NCBI GenBank assembly: GCA_025340205.1
Contig: CP006868.1
Coordinates: 360,001-392,000, forward strand
Reading direction: 5' to 3'
Origin: Ignicoccus pacificus DSM 13166
GTDB lineage: Archaea; Thermoproteota; Thermoprotei_A; Sulfolobales; Ignicoccaceae
DNA: 32,000 nt
Under the pieces are notes generated by a model, which worked only from the letters and a program-made list of their open reading frames with translations, was not told where the DNA came from and searched no databases. Below, piece by piece: positions 18,282-26,213 of the stretch (position 1 is its first letter; the number at the start of each line of letters is the position of its first letter). Both the position numbers and the translations under genes were made by a program.

Positions 18282-19300
18282 ACGATAGCTTAATGAATAT
18301 TGCAGATAGCACCATGGCTATTGAAGTGTAAATCGCTACAGTTCTAAAGCTCTTGATCCTCGTAAACGGAATAGCTACTATCGAAGCAATTGACATAGTC
18401 GTGTAGGTGAGTCCTAGGGCGCTTGCCGGCGCTTCGGGAACAAACTTGGAGACCAAGGCAACTAAGGACACCTCATAGAAGGGATAAACGGGAATGCTCC
18501 AAGCGACTAAGCATATCGGAGGAGGGGAAGCCAAGGCGAGCAGGGTTACCGGGATGTATGCTATAACGGAGATTAGGAAGAGTCTCTCCGCTCCCAGCTT
18601 CCTCAAGGCCTTTCCGGCGACGTAGCCTCCCAGGGCAGCGGTTAAGCTCGGGCCTACCGCGTAAGCCAAGGCGAAGCCTATCCTGTTCGTCGCCTCATAG
18701 AACCTCAAGGCGGTTAGGGCGTAGACAACGTACTCCGCTCCCATGAAGAGGGCCAAGGGAGGGAGCAAGGGGAGGAGCTTAGGTACAGCTGCCAAGAGGC
18801 CGCTCTTAGCCGGTTCCTTGCTTACAGCTAAGAACACCATTACCGATCCGAAGGCGAAGGAAAGGGAGTAAAGGGGCTGGTAGGGAAGGAACGCAACGGT
18901 CATTGTTCCTAGGCCCCAGCCTAGGGAGAGGGCACTAACTGCCTTTCCCAACTGATCCTCTCCCTCCTTGTAGGCCTCTAGCATCGCCGAGAGGAATGCT
19001 GAGTAGAAGGAGGAGAGGGTGAGGAACACCGTGAAGGGGCTGGGTTTTAACTAGCGAGGTAAAGAGGGACAGAACGCCTATCAAGGCTGGGGCCTTCAGA
19101 CCCTTCCTATCCCCAAGCCATCCCGCCAGCACTCCGGGAGCGGAGCTGAGCATCTCAGCGAAGGCTATTGCCGAAGCCGCCTCTGGGGAGCCGGAGCTCA
19201 CCCTCGCTAGGGTAGTGTAGCCCCCGTAAGCTAGGGCCAAAGCGAATATTCCGATTAAGAGCCTCCTCGATCCCAACTCCCAGTCCCTTGCACCCCTCAA
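18202..19300 (-). pseudogene. MFS-type transporter split by an apparent frameshift
   Basis: N-terminal TM part in ORF 18935-19300 (...ALIGVLSLFTSLVK) continues as PSPFTVFLTLSSFYSAFLSAML in the frame of ORF 18202-19029; junction near GTTAAAACCCAGCCCC. Confidence 0.6.
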
Positions 19301-19330
19301 GTGGGGATTCTTGAAGGGGGCATGCCAGAA

Positions 19331-19341
19331 GCATATAAACC
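19331..19341 (+). promoter_or_regulatory. TATA-like box for tRNA-Arg
   Basis: gcatataaacc about 26-30 nt upstream of the tRNA 5' end. Confidence 0.45.
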
Positions 19342-19366
19342 ATTCATTGAACCATGACCATGAAGG

Positions 19367-19440
19367 GGCCCCGTAGCTCAGCTAGGAAGAGCGCTGGCCT
19401 TCGGAGCCAGTGGTCCCGGGTTCAAGTCCCGGCGGGGCCG
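19367..19440 (+). tRNA. tRNA-Arg (anticodon TCG)
   Basis: Acceptor GGCCCCG/CGGGGCC, anticodon arm CTGGC-CTTCGGA-GCCAG, T arm CCGGGTTCAAGTCCCGG; no encoded CCA. Confidence 0.95.
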
Positions 19441-19652
19441 CTATTCATTCCAACATCTCCTGTGTAAATTCGGGAATCCGAGCGCCTACTGCTCTCCTAT
19501 TGCCTCCTCTCATTTACACCACAAAGGTCTAGAGCCTTACTCTTGCAGCATCTCTTTATCTAAATTCTCCGCAACTGGTACTTGAAGTAAAGGATACTTT
19601 CGTCCTCCCCTCTTCCCTTTTAATCCTCCATCTACACTATTGGTAGGATAAC

Positions 19653-20063
19653 ATGACCCTCTCCGATCAATTAGCGGACGAAATAGCTCGAGGAAAGGGA
19701 AAGAAGTTAGTCAAGGCTATAGTGAACGAAATAGCCTTGGATCCAGAGCTTAAGGCAATAGTGGTCAAGGAAGTAGCTGGGAACTTAGCTACTAAGGAGG
19801 ACATAAAGGAGCTTGAGGATAAGATTGAAAGAAAGATTGAAGATTTGAGAAAGGAGTTCAGAGAAGAAGTTGGAAGTCTGAGAGCAGAGTTCAGAGATGA
19901 GATTAGGGAGGTGAGAGGCGAAATTAATGAGCTTAGAAGGGAAATCAATGAGCTCAGAAACCAGTTCAATACCATGCTCAAATGGATGATAGGGCTAATG
20001 GCTTCCATGTGGATAAGCATCGTGATAGGGATAATTGTGGCTTTACTGAAGATGGGATGGTAA
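19653..20063 (+). CDS. Coiled-coil protein with single C-terminal TM helix (DUF1640-like)
   Basis: ATKEDIKELEDKIERKIEDLRKEFREEVGSLRAEFRDEIREVRGEINELRREINELRNQF then MIGLMASMWISIVIGIIVALL. Confidence 0.75.
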   Translation: MTLSDQLADEIARGKGKKLVKAIVNEIALDPELKAIVVKEVAGNLATKEDIKELEDKIERKIEDLRKEFREEVGSLRAEFRDEIREVRGEINELRREINELRNQFNTMLKWMIGLMASMWISIVIGIIVALLKMGW

Positions 20064-20202
20064 AGGTTCTTTGCCTAAACGTGTTATCTCGCTCATTCCG
20101 ATCGTAGAATTCTATTTTCTCAATTCCTTCTAGAAGCTTTAGGGCATCTGGTCTCCATGTTAGCATAAGCTTACAGCCTCCCTTAACTTTCATGATCTTG
20201 AG

Positions 20203-20949
20203 ATGAGCAAGCTAGAGGCGTTGCTTAAACGAATAGAAGAATACTACGAGGAGTTCGTTCAAGCGAAGAGGGAATGGGAAGAAGGGAAGGAGAGGATTTA
20301 CGCAGTCGAAAGGTTGGCCCAGCTCCTAGCTCAGTCCCTCCTCGACTTCTCCGCGATCTTAGCCTCAAGACTCCCTGGAAGGAAGCCGGAGAGTTACAAG
20401 GAATTGGCTGAGTTCTTGGCTTCCAAAATAGGTCATAAGGAGTTCTTGGTCGGCCTTGCTGGGTTTAGAAACGTATTGGTTCATATGTACATCGAACTGG
20501 ATGAGGAGCTAGAGAGGGAGAGCTTCGATGAAATAGAGGAGGAAATGCCCAAAATACTCAAGGCACTGAGGGAATTGGCTAAGGGCGACCCTTGCTTGAG
20601 TGAGGTGAAAAGAGAAATAGCAGAACTAGCTTCCAAGTGGAACCTAAGGTATGTGGCCTTAATAGGTTCTTTAGCTAGGGAAGGATGTGGGAACGACGTG
20701 GATCTAGTCGTGAAATTTGGGAGGATGCCCAAGGGACTGGAGCTTGGGAGGTTTGTGGCAGAAGCTGAAGATGCGCTGGGAAGTAAGGTAGACGTGATAG
20801 TGGTTGACTTGAAGCTGGACCCAATAATGGCAAAGACGATAGTTGATGAAGGGGTGTTGATCTTCGGTAGTGAGGAGGAGTTTGAGGAGGACAAGCTCGT
20901 GTTATATAAGAAGTTCTTAGATGAGAAGAGGCTCGTATTAAATCCATAA
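20203..20949 (+). CDS. Single-chain HepT (HEPN) - MNT nucleotidyltransferase fusion
   Basis: N-terminal HepT-like AVERLAQLLAQSLLDFSAILASRL...LAGFRNVLVHMYIELDEEL; C-terminal RYVALIGSLAREGCGNDVDLVVKFGRM...SKVDVIVVDLKLDPIMAKTIVDEGVLIF. Confidence 0.88.
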   Translation: MSKLEALLKRIEEYYEEFVQAKREWEEGKERIYAVERLAQLLAQSLLDFSAILASRLPGRKPESYKELAEFLASKIGHKEFLVGLAGFRNVLVHMYIELDEELERESFDEIEEEMPKILKALRELAKGDPCLSEVKREIAELASKWNLRYVALIGSLAREGCGNDVDLVVKFGRMPKGLELGRFVAEAEDALGSKVDVIVVDLKLDPIMAKTIVDEGVLIFGSEEEFEEDKLVLYKKFLDEKRLVLNP

Positions 20950-20975
20950 AGGACAAATCCCTTTAGGGAGATATC

Positions 20976-21482
20976 TTGATAGGTACTCTCTCAGTACCTT
21001 GTGGAACCTTGATAGCTTTCTTGAACATTACGACAAACGTTACAAGCTTTACTCATACGATTTACCCAACCTTAACTTTGATCCTGCGAATACTCCCTAA
21101 CACGACGGTTACTATATCTTCTATTGAGCTAAAGAAGACGCTCTACGTTCAGACAGCCACATTGACGGTCACCGCCACCTACTATGGTACCGTTAAGGGA
21201 TTGAGTGTCAACTATTTGCCTTCTTTTGTTGGTTGCTTAGACAACTATCCCGATACTCTCTGGATGATTGAAACAAAAACTGTCACGGAAATACTTACAT
21301 TAACGAAAGTTATTATAGGCACACTGAGAACGATTTGGAACGGAATCGTTACAACGATCTTCGGTTCCCATGGTAGGTTCGTTGTGAATGATAGCTATGC
21401 GTTCGGGAGCGCGTGGAGCATAACAAGCAATACCTTCAATCTAGTTAATGTTACAATTACGAGCACTATTAAGATTGGCTAA
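20976..21482 (+). CDS. Possible small secreted Thr/Ile-rich beta protein
   Basis: 168 aa ORF, many N-x-T sequons, hydrophobic N-terminus; TTG start, no family. Confidence 0.35.
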   Translation: MIGTLSVPCGTLIAFLNITTNVTSFTHTIYPTLTLILRILPNTTVTISSIELKKTLYVQTATLTVTATYYGTVKGLSVNYLPSFVGCLDNYPDTLWMIETKTVTEILTLTKVIIGTLRTIWNGIVTTIFGSHGRFVVNDSYAFGSAWSITSNTFNLVNVTITSTIKIG

Positions 21483-21517
21483 CTTACTAAATCTAAATTT
21501 AAAGTAGTCAATCACGC

Positions 21518-21580
21518 GGCGCTTCAGAGGATGAGGTCTCTCGGATGCCCTCCCGGCTAGGGGAGGAAGCAGGGGACGAC
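21518..21580 (+). ncRNA. Candidate structured intergenic RNA, copy B (strand uncertain)
   Basis: Shares GATGAGG...CGGATGCCC.CC...AGGGG..GAAG.AGGGG.CGA with 411-470; AAATTTAAAG box about 20-30 nt upstream. Confidence 0.3.
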
Positions 21581-22519
21581 TCACCACGGGAATGAATACC
21601 TCTCCAAATCCCTCCTAAACGCGGCCCTCGCCTCCCCAGGAGCTAGGACCGGTTTGTGTAAGTCTCCGAAGTCGTCTAAGGCCAACCTAGGACAAGATAG
21701 GGTTACTGCGAAGTCGACCTCTTCCAGTATACCTATCATGAAGTCTCTCGTAAGTATTGAGGCCTTGAATACCTTTACCTCGAATCCGTTCCTCTCCGCC
21801 TCCCTCTTTAATGACTCTAGGAGCTGGGGCCTGCTCTGTCCCTCTATTCCGTCTATTATCGCTACCTTCTTTCCTTCTATGGCCTCGCTCACCTTCCACA
21901 TCCTCTTCTTCAGGACGGGATAGGGGTCTACTTCCTCCACCTTGGAGGTATATGGATCGAACTTTATGATCTTTCTACCCAAGTAAAGGGCTGCTCCTAG
22001 GGCGTGGAAAACCCCTCCCGCTACTATTACGTAATGATCGTATCCCTCTTTGAGGCCTGAGTAATCGCACCCTAGTATCAATCCCTCCACAAAGCCTTTG
22101 GCTAGATTCGCTTCTATACCTTTCCTCTTCAAGATATCCTTGAGCTCATAGAGCTGCTTGACGTGCTGGGCTGGAGAGGCCAGCAGAACCTTTCCACTTA
22201 AGACATCTACCAAGGGCCCCCAGTTTACCTTTCCCTTCCAGCTTGCCTCCAAGAATAAGGTAGGTTTCCTAGGCCTCCACCAAGGATATGGGTAGTGGCC
22301 TAGGTGAATTACGGCATCCCCAGCAAAGTGCTCGAAGACCAAACAAGCGCCGAAGACCGGAATAGCGCTCCTAATGCAATCAATCCCTTTCTCTTTTAAC
22401 ATCTTGCAAACCTCGTCCGCCTCCCTCCAGAGCCCGGGAGGGGCCTCTACTAACACCGAGGAGGGCTTTACCTCCTTTAGAAACTTCTCGATTCTCTCCT
22501 TGTCTACTTCATAGTACAT
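21581..22519 (-). CDS. dph2: Diphthamide biosynthesis Dph2-like protein (radical SAM-like 3-amino-3-carboxypropyl transferase)
   Basis: VLVEAPPGLWREADEV, FGACLVFEHFAGDAVIHLGHYPYP, LILGCDYSG, FAVTLSCPRLALDD. Confidence 0.88.
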   Translation of the reverse strand: MYYEVDKERIEKFLKEVKPSSVLVEAPPGLWREADEVCKMLKEKGIDCIRSAIPVFGACLVFEHFAGDAVIHLGHYPYPWWRPRKPTLFLEASWKGKVNWGPLVDVLSGKVLLASPAQHVKQLYELKDILKRKGIEANLAKGFVEGLILGCDYSGLKEGYDHYVIVAGGVFHALGAALYLGRKIIKFDPYTSKVEEVDPYPVLKKRMWKVSEAIEGKKVAIIDGIEGQSRPQLLESLKREAERNGFEVKVFKASILTRDFMIGILEEVDFAVTLSCPRLALDDFGDLHKPVLAPGEARAAFRRDLERYSFPW

Positions 22520-22560
22520 GAACTCCTACCTAGGAGATCTTGGGAGAGGAGGAGAAAGGC

Positions 22561-23472
22561 TTAGGGGAGAGGGAACTGGACTGAGGCGTAGCCAACTACT
22601 TGGCTGTAATCGCCGCTGGTGTCCCCGCTGGTCGCGTGCTTGAGAAGTATTCCTCTATTCCCTCCGTACTTCTTCGTGAGCTCCATTACGGTCATAGTAG
22701 GGCCGGGGCCACACATGCTTATGTCATACTCAAGCAAGGCCTTGTAGAGGCCCTCCGTATCCAAGGCAGTTATTTTCTCTATGGCTATCATATCCTTCTT
22801 CACAGTTACCTCGTGGGGCTCGTAATGGTTTAGGTCGCTGGAAGCTAGAACCACGTAGTCCTTGCCCAGCTTCTCCATGGCCCTGTAGATGCCATCTGCC
22901 AAAGCCTTAGCGGCTTCCGGAGTCTGGAGGCCCATGACAATGGGAACTATCCTGAACTTGTTTCCGAAGAGGTACTGGAGGAAGGGAACTTGGACCTCCA
23001 AGCTGTGCTCGTAAGCGTGGGCGCTTGCATCCACGTCCACTATCCCGCTCTCCCTAACTATCTCCTCCACCGCCTCCGGATCCACGTGTACGTGTCCCAG
23101 AGGAGTCTCCCAGATGCTGGGAGGCATTATGGAAATGGGGCTTCCAACTCCGGTGTGGTTGGGGCCTATGATGATTACCACCTCTGGAGCCCCCTCTTGG
23201 GCCAGCTTGTAGTAGGCCCAAGCCGCTACTGGACCGGAGTAGATGTAGCCGGCGTGAGGAACCATGAAGCCCACGCTCTGCTTGTTCCTCTCCTCGCTAA
23301 CCTTTGGTAGCTCCCCGGGCCCTATCGGATGGGTGAAGCTCCATTCTATCAGCTTGATGAGCTCTTCTGGATCGGCTGGGTAGAAGGTTCCAGCCACCGC
23401 TGGGGGTCTCACTAACACGTTCTCTACCGCTCTCAACATTTCAAGGAGTGAATATGAATGGGGGCCTCCCAA
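22561..23472 (-). CDS. MEMO1 family protein (AmmeMemoRadiSam-type MEMO)
   Basis: RPPAVAGTFYPADPEEL, MVPHAGYIYSGPVAAWAYY, IIGPNHTGVGSPI, VLASSDLNHYEPHEV, GYASVQF. Confidence 0.93.
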   Translation of the reverse strand: MGGPHSYSLLEMLRAVENVLVRPPAVAGTFYPADPEELIKLIEWSFTHPIGPGELPKVSEERNKQSVGFMVPHAGYIYSGPVAAWAYYKLAQEGAPEVVIIIGPNHTGVGSPISIMPPSIWETPLGHVHVDPEAVEEIVRESGIVDVDASAHAYEHSLEVQVPFLQYLFGNKFRIVPIVMGLQTPEAAKALADGIYRAMEKLGKDYVVLASSDLNHYEPHEVTVKKDMIAIEKITALDTEGLYKALLEYDISMCGPGPTMTVMELTKKYGGNRGILLKHATSGDTSGDYSQVVGYASVQFPLP

Positions 23473-23687
23473 TGAGAGTACTATATTTTAAGTGCAAGAA
23501 ATACAGAAGTAACTGGGAATATAGAGTGTCCTTAGCAGAACAAATAGAGACTATTTTAGAGAACCTTACTGAAGAAGAGCCTTCAGATGAGGAGATACAG
23601 ATTATTGAAGATTATGAAAAAAGGGTAAAGATGGGAAAGGTAGATCTCCGTCCTCTCGATGAGCTCTTAAAGAAGCTCAGATGTTGA
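23472..23687 (+). CDS. Short acidic ORF, RelB/Phd-like antitoxin candidate
   Basis: MRVLYFKCKKYRSNWEYRVSLAEQIETILENLTEEEPSDEEIQIIEDYEKRVKMGKVDLRPLDELLKKLRC; antitoxin-like C-terminal tail (E..Y..R...GKV.L..LDELLKKL). Tracker start 23448. Confidence 0.5.
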   Translation: MRVLYFKCKKYRSNWEYRVSLAEQIETILENLTEEEPSDEEIQIIEDYEKRVKMGKVDLRPLDELLKKLRC

Positions 23688-23693
23688 AGTTGA

Positions 23694-24008
23694 TTATTTC
23701 TTCTTGTACGCGTTCTTACGAGGTCCGATATGAGTAATTACGAATACCTTTTCGTCTTTGCAATACTTGACTATTATCCTACACTTTCCAGCTCTTATTC
23801 GGTAGTAGTTTACTTGACCTTGAAGTTTTACTATATCAACGCTTTTGGGCCCTTTCTTACAGAGGAGCAGTAAGGTTTCTTTTATCTTCTTACAATCATC
23901 CTTACTTATGTGCTTCAGATCCTTTGACAACGCTTTATTATCATAGAGTATAGGTATTATGCAATCGTTGAGGTCCGCATCACTTAGATCACAACGCTTA
24001 GATCTCAT
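23694..24008 (-). CDS. RelE-like toxin
   Basis: DIVKLQGQVNYYRIRAGKCRIIVKYCKDEKVFVITHIGPRKNAYKKK matches the RelE/ParE C-terminal pattern (L.G..YRIR.G.YRI.Y......V.HIG.R...Y). Confidence 0.8.
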   Translation of the reverse strand: MRSKRCDLSDADLNDCIIPILYDNKALSKDLKHISKDDCKKIKETLLLLCKKGPKSVDIVKLQGQVNYYRIRAGKCRIIVKYCKDEKVFVITHIGPRKNAYKKK

Positions 24009-24237
24009 CGTTCATCACAAGGGGTGCCGATGTTGGGATTCGCGAGGACTTGAGAAGACACGACACCCCTTACACCCATCACCTCCTCAAGACTGTAATA
24101 CGTTCCTTTCCCTATAAAACCTTATTCACTGAGACACATGAGTGAATTTGTAAGTTATTGCTTCTATAAAAGCTATTGTATTGCGTTCTCCGGTATTCAC
24201 GCTGAACCTCTAATGCTTTCCTACCCTTGTGATCCTC

Positions 24238-25146
24238 TTAAGTGTTTGCTGAAGGTACGGCAGAGAACACGTGACCGCTCCAAAGACCCATGAGGAGTTC
24301 ATTCCCTTCCCATCTTAGATCAGCGATTTTACTCTTAAAAGAAACCTTCCACTTGGGAATGCTTCTTTTATTTACGCTGATAACCTTGATCCATCTCCCA
24401 TTGATCGACGCTGCAGCCAATTTATCGCAAAACGGCCTATTGAATGAAACCAAGTAGGAACCTTCCTCCTTTAGATTTCCGACCCATAAAAGGCTGGGGT
24501 TTGAGGATCCATTCAGTAAATATAGACGTAAGTGACCCTTAGAGGAGAGGGTTGCTAACTTGTCTTTGCAGACATCGAAACTATGCTCGTAGGGTGAAAG
24601 GTTGAAGGTACTGACTATTTCTCCATTGTGTATGTTGATTATGTACATCAATCCTTGTCTAACTGGTAAGACGTACAAAAAGTCGCCTATCCTTTGGGGG
24701 AATGCTTTGATTTCCCCAAAGCCTCTACTCCAGAGCCTTTTCCCTTCCCAATTATGAGCTACTATTTGTCTTGGTGCTAGGCTTACAATAGCATCTTTAT
24801 AAAGTCTGATATGTCTAATGCTTTGTTGAAGACCTAGAAGAGGGAAGTATTCCCATCTACTTTCTTCGGTATCGAATAAATACAAGACATTTCTATAGCT
24901 CGCAAATCCCAGCTTGCCACAGCACTTGTGAACAGTCCTCATAACTACATCATCTTGCTTATATGAAATTATATCAAGGTCTTGGATTATATAGGCGTAT
25001 CCCCTCCTCGTCGCCACGCCGATGAAGCTTCCCAAACGATCGAGTTCCATTACTCCCGAGGGAAGGCGGAGGAACCAGTTCAAGAGAAGATTCGGAGATT
25101 TATTCTCTACTGGGAGCCTTTTACTCAAGAACGTCACTTCTTTCAA
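24238..25146 (-). CDS. Beta-propeller-like (WD40/PQQ-type) protein
   Basis: Regular beta repeats: GKLGFASYRNVLYLFDTEESRWEYFPLL, KDKLATLSSKGHLRLYLLN, GRWIKVISVNKRSIPKWKVSFKSKIADLRWEGNELLMGLWSGHVFSA. Confidence 0.6.
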   Translation of the reverse strand: MKEVTFLSKRLPVENKSPNLLLNWFLRLPSGVMELDRLGSFIGVATRRGYAYIIQDLDIISYKQDDVVMRTVHKCCGKLGFASYRNVLYLFDTEESRWEYFPLLGLQQSIRHIRLYKDAIVSLAPRQIVAHNWEGKRLWSRGFGEIKAFPQRIGDFLYVLPVRQGLMYIINIHNGEIVSTFNLSPYEHSFDVCKDKLATLSSKGHLRLYLLNGSSNPSLLWVGNLKEEGSYLVSFNRPFCDKLAAASINGRWIKVISVNKRSIPKWKVSFKSKIADLRWEGNELLMGLWSGHVFSAVPSANT

Positions 25147-25432
25147 TTTCTTTACCTTCAGTATTTGGAGATAATGTAGTAGAATAGGAACTAATCCTCG
25201 CCTTTCCTTTCCTCGTCTCAGCTAAGAGCAAGGACTCAATCCTTATCTCCTCTCCCGCTACAATTATGTCCCTATTCTCAAGGAATTCCACCGTATCCTC
25301 TCTTTCCAGTGCAGAATAGAAGACTGGAAGGACTCTGAAAGCACTTCCTAGGTCCCTTTTTCATGACTCTTCATCTCTTCATAATATGGTGACCTTTTTA
25401 CTTTCCGCTTTCATGAAAAAGACATATTGTAG

Positions 25433-25852
25433 TTGGATTCAAAGAAGCTATCGTGGGCTGAGTTGGTTTTCTTATTAAAGGAAAGAGCTATTGAATTCAT
25501 GAAGTTGGCCGAAGAGGCCTTGAGAGACGGAAGATACGACGTAGCTTGTGCCCTCTTCGAACAAGCATTCCAACTTTACTTGAAGTACATGCTCCTGAGG
25601 TTTTACAGTATAAGGGTGAAGAGCCACGACTTGAGGGAACTTATTGGAATCCTCGCATTGAAGACAGGAAACGAGAGACTAGCCGACTTTGCCAAAAGGA
25701 ATAGGTCTGAGCTAATACTCCTCGAGGAATCCTATTACGTGGGAAGGTATGGAGAGTACGAGTTTGAAGAAGAGGAAGGAAGGGCTTGTGAGAGGGTTAC
25801 GAAAAGAGCCTTCGAACTACTTCACGAGATTGAGCGGTCCCTTGAGGATTAA
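25433..25852 (+). CDS. HEPN-domain protein (COG2250-like)
   Basis: FMKLAEEALRDGRYDVACALFEQAFQLYLKYMLLRFYSIRVKSHDLRELIGIL...LEESYYVGRY. Confidence 0.85.
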   Translation: MDSKKLSWAELVFLLKERAIEFMKLAEEALRDGRYDVACALFEQAFQLYLKYMLLRFYSIRVKSHDLRELIGILALKTGNERLADFAKRNRSELILLEESYYVGRYGEYEFEEEEGRACERVTKRAFELLHEIERSLED

Positions 25853-25853
25853 G

Positions 25854-26213
25854 GTGCTTAAAGAATGGAAAAGGTATCTGCCAACGGTAACCTCAATACT
25901 AAATGACATATTCAAAAACTGCAAGATCTATGTAATAGGAAGTGCTCTGAGGGAGGCGTTCCACGCTAAGAGCGACGTAGATTTGCTGATAATTTGTAGG
26001 GAGAGGCCCATGATGAGGGAAGTTGTCACTGCCTTGATGAAGCTTGAGGACATCGGAATCCCCAAGATCTTCCAACTCCACGTAGGAGATCGTGAAGACT
26101 TAGATAGATATAGGTCCTTAGGAGAGGTAGTTCCCCTAGAGGAGCTTTTACCCCCTGAGGAAAATCTAAAAGGGCGAAACAGTGCCTCCAGTGATAAGGA
26201 AAGTAATGGTTAG
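25854..26213 (+). CDS. MNT-like minimal nucleotidyltransferase
   Basis: GTG at 25854 immediately after HEPN stop TAA (25850-25852); KIYVIGSALREAFHAKSDVDLLIICRERP = GS...DVD motif. Tracker ORF 25749 over-extends upstream. Confidence 0.85.
   Translation: MLKEWKRYLPTVTSILNDIFKNCKIYVIGSALREAFHAKSDVDLLIICRERPMMREVVTALMKLEDIGIPKIFQLHVGDREDLDRYRSLGEVVPLEELLPPEENLKGRNSASSDKESNG

Noticed and set aside
19441-19520. Short minus ORF MRGGNRRAVGARIPEFTQEMLE downstream of tRNA-Arg
   Set aside because: Only 22 aa; could be a remnant at a tRNA integration site, but no att repeat or integrase is visible.
20481-20956. 137-aa Ser-rich and 93-aa minus ORFs
   Set aside because: Antisense to the HepT-MNT fusion gene; Ser/Leu strings are typical mirror-strand artefacts.
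25180-25432. Possible gene fragment on minus strand (…RVLPVFYSALEREDTVEFLENRDIIVAGEEIRIESLLLAE…)
   Set aside because: Looks protein-like and may be a remnant, but it has no start and no recognisable family; too weak to call.
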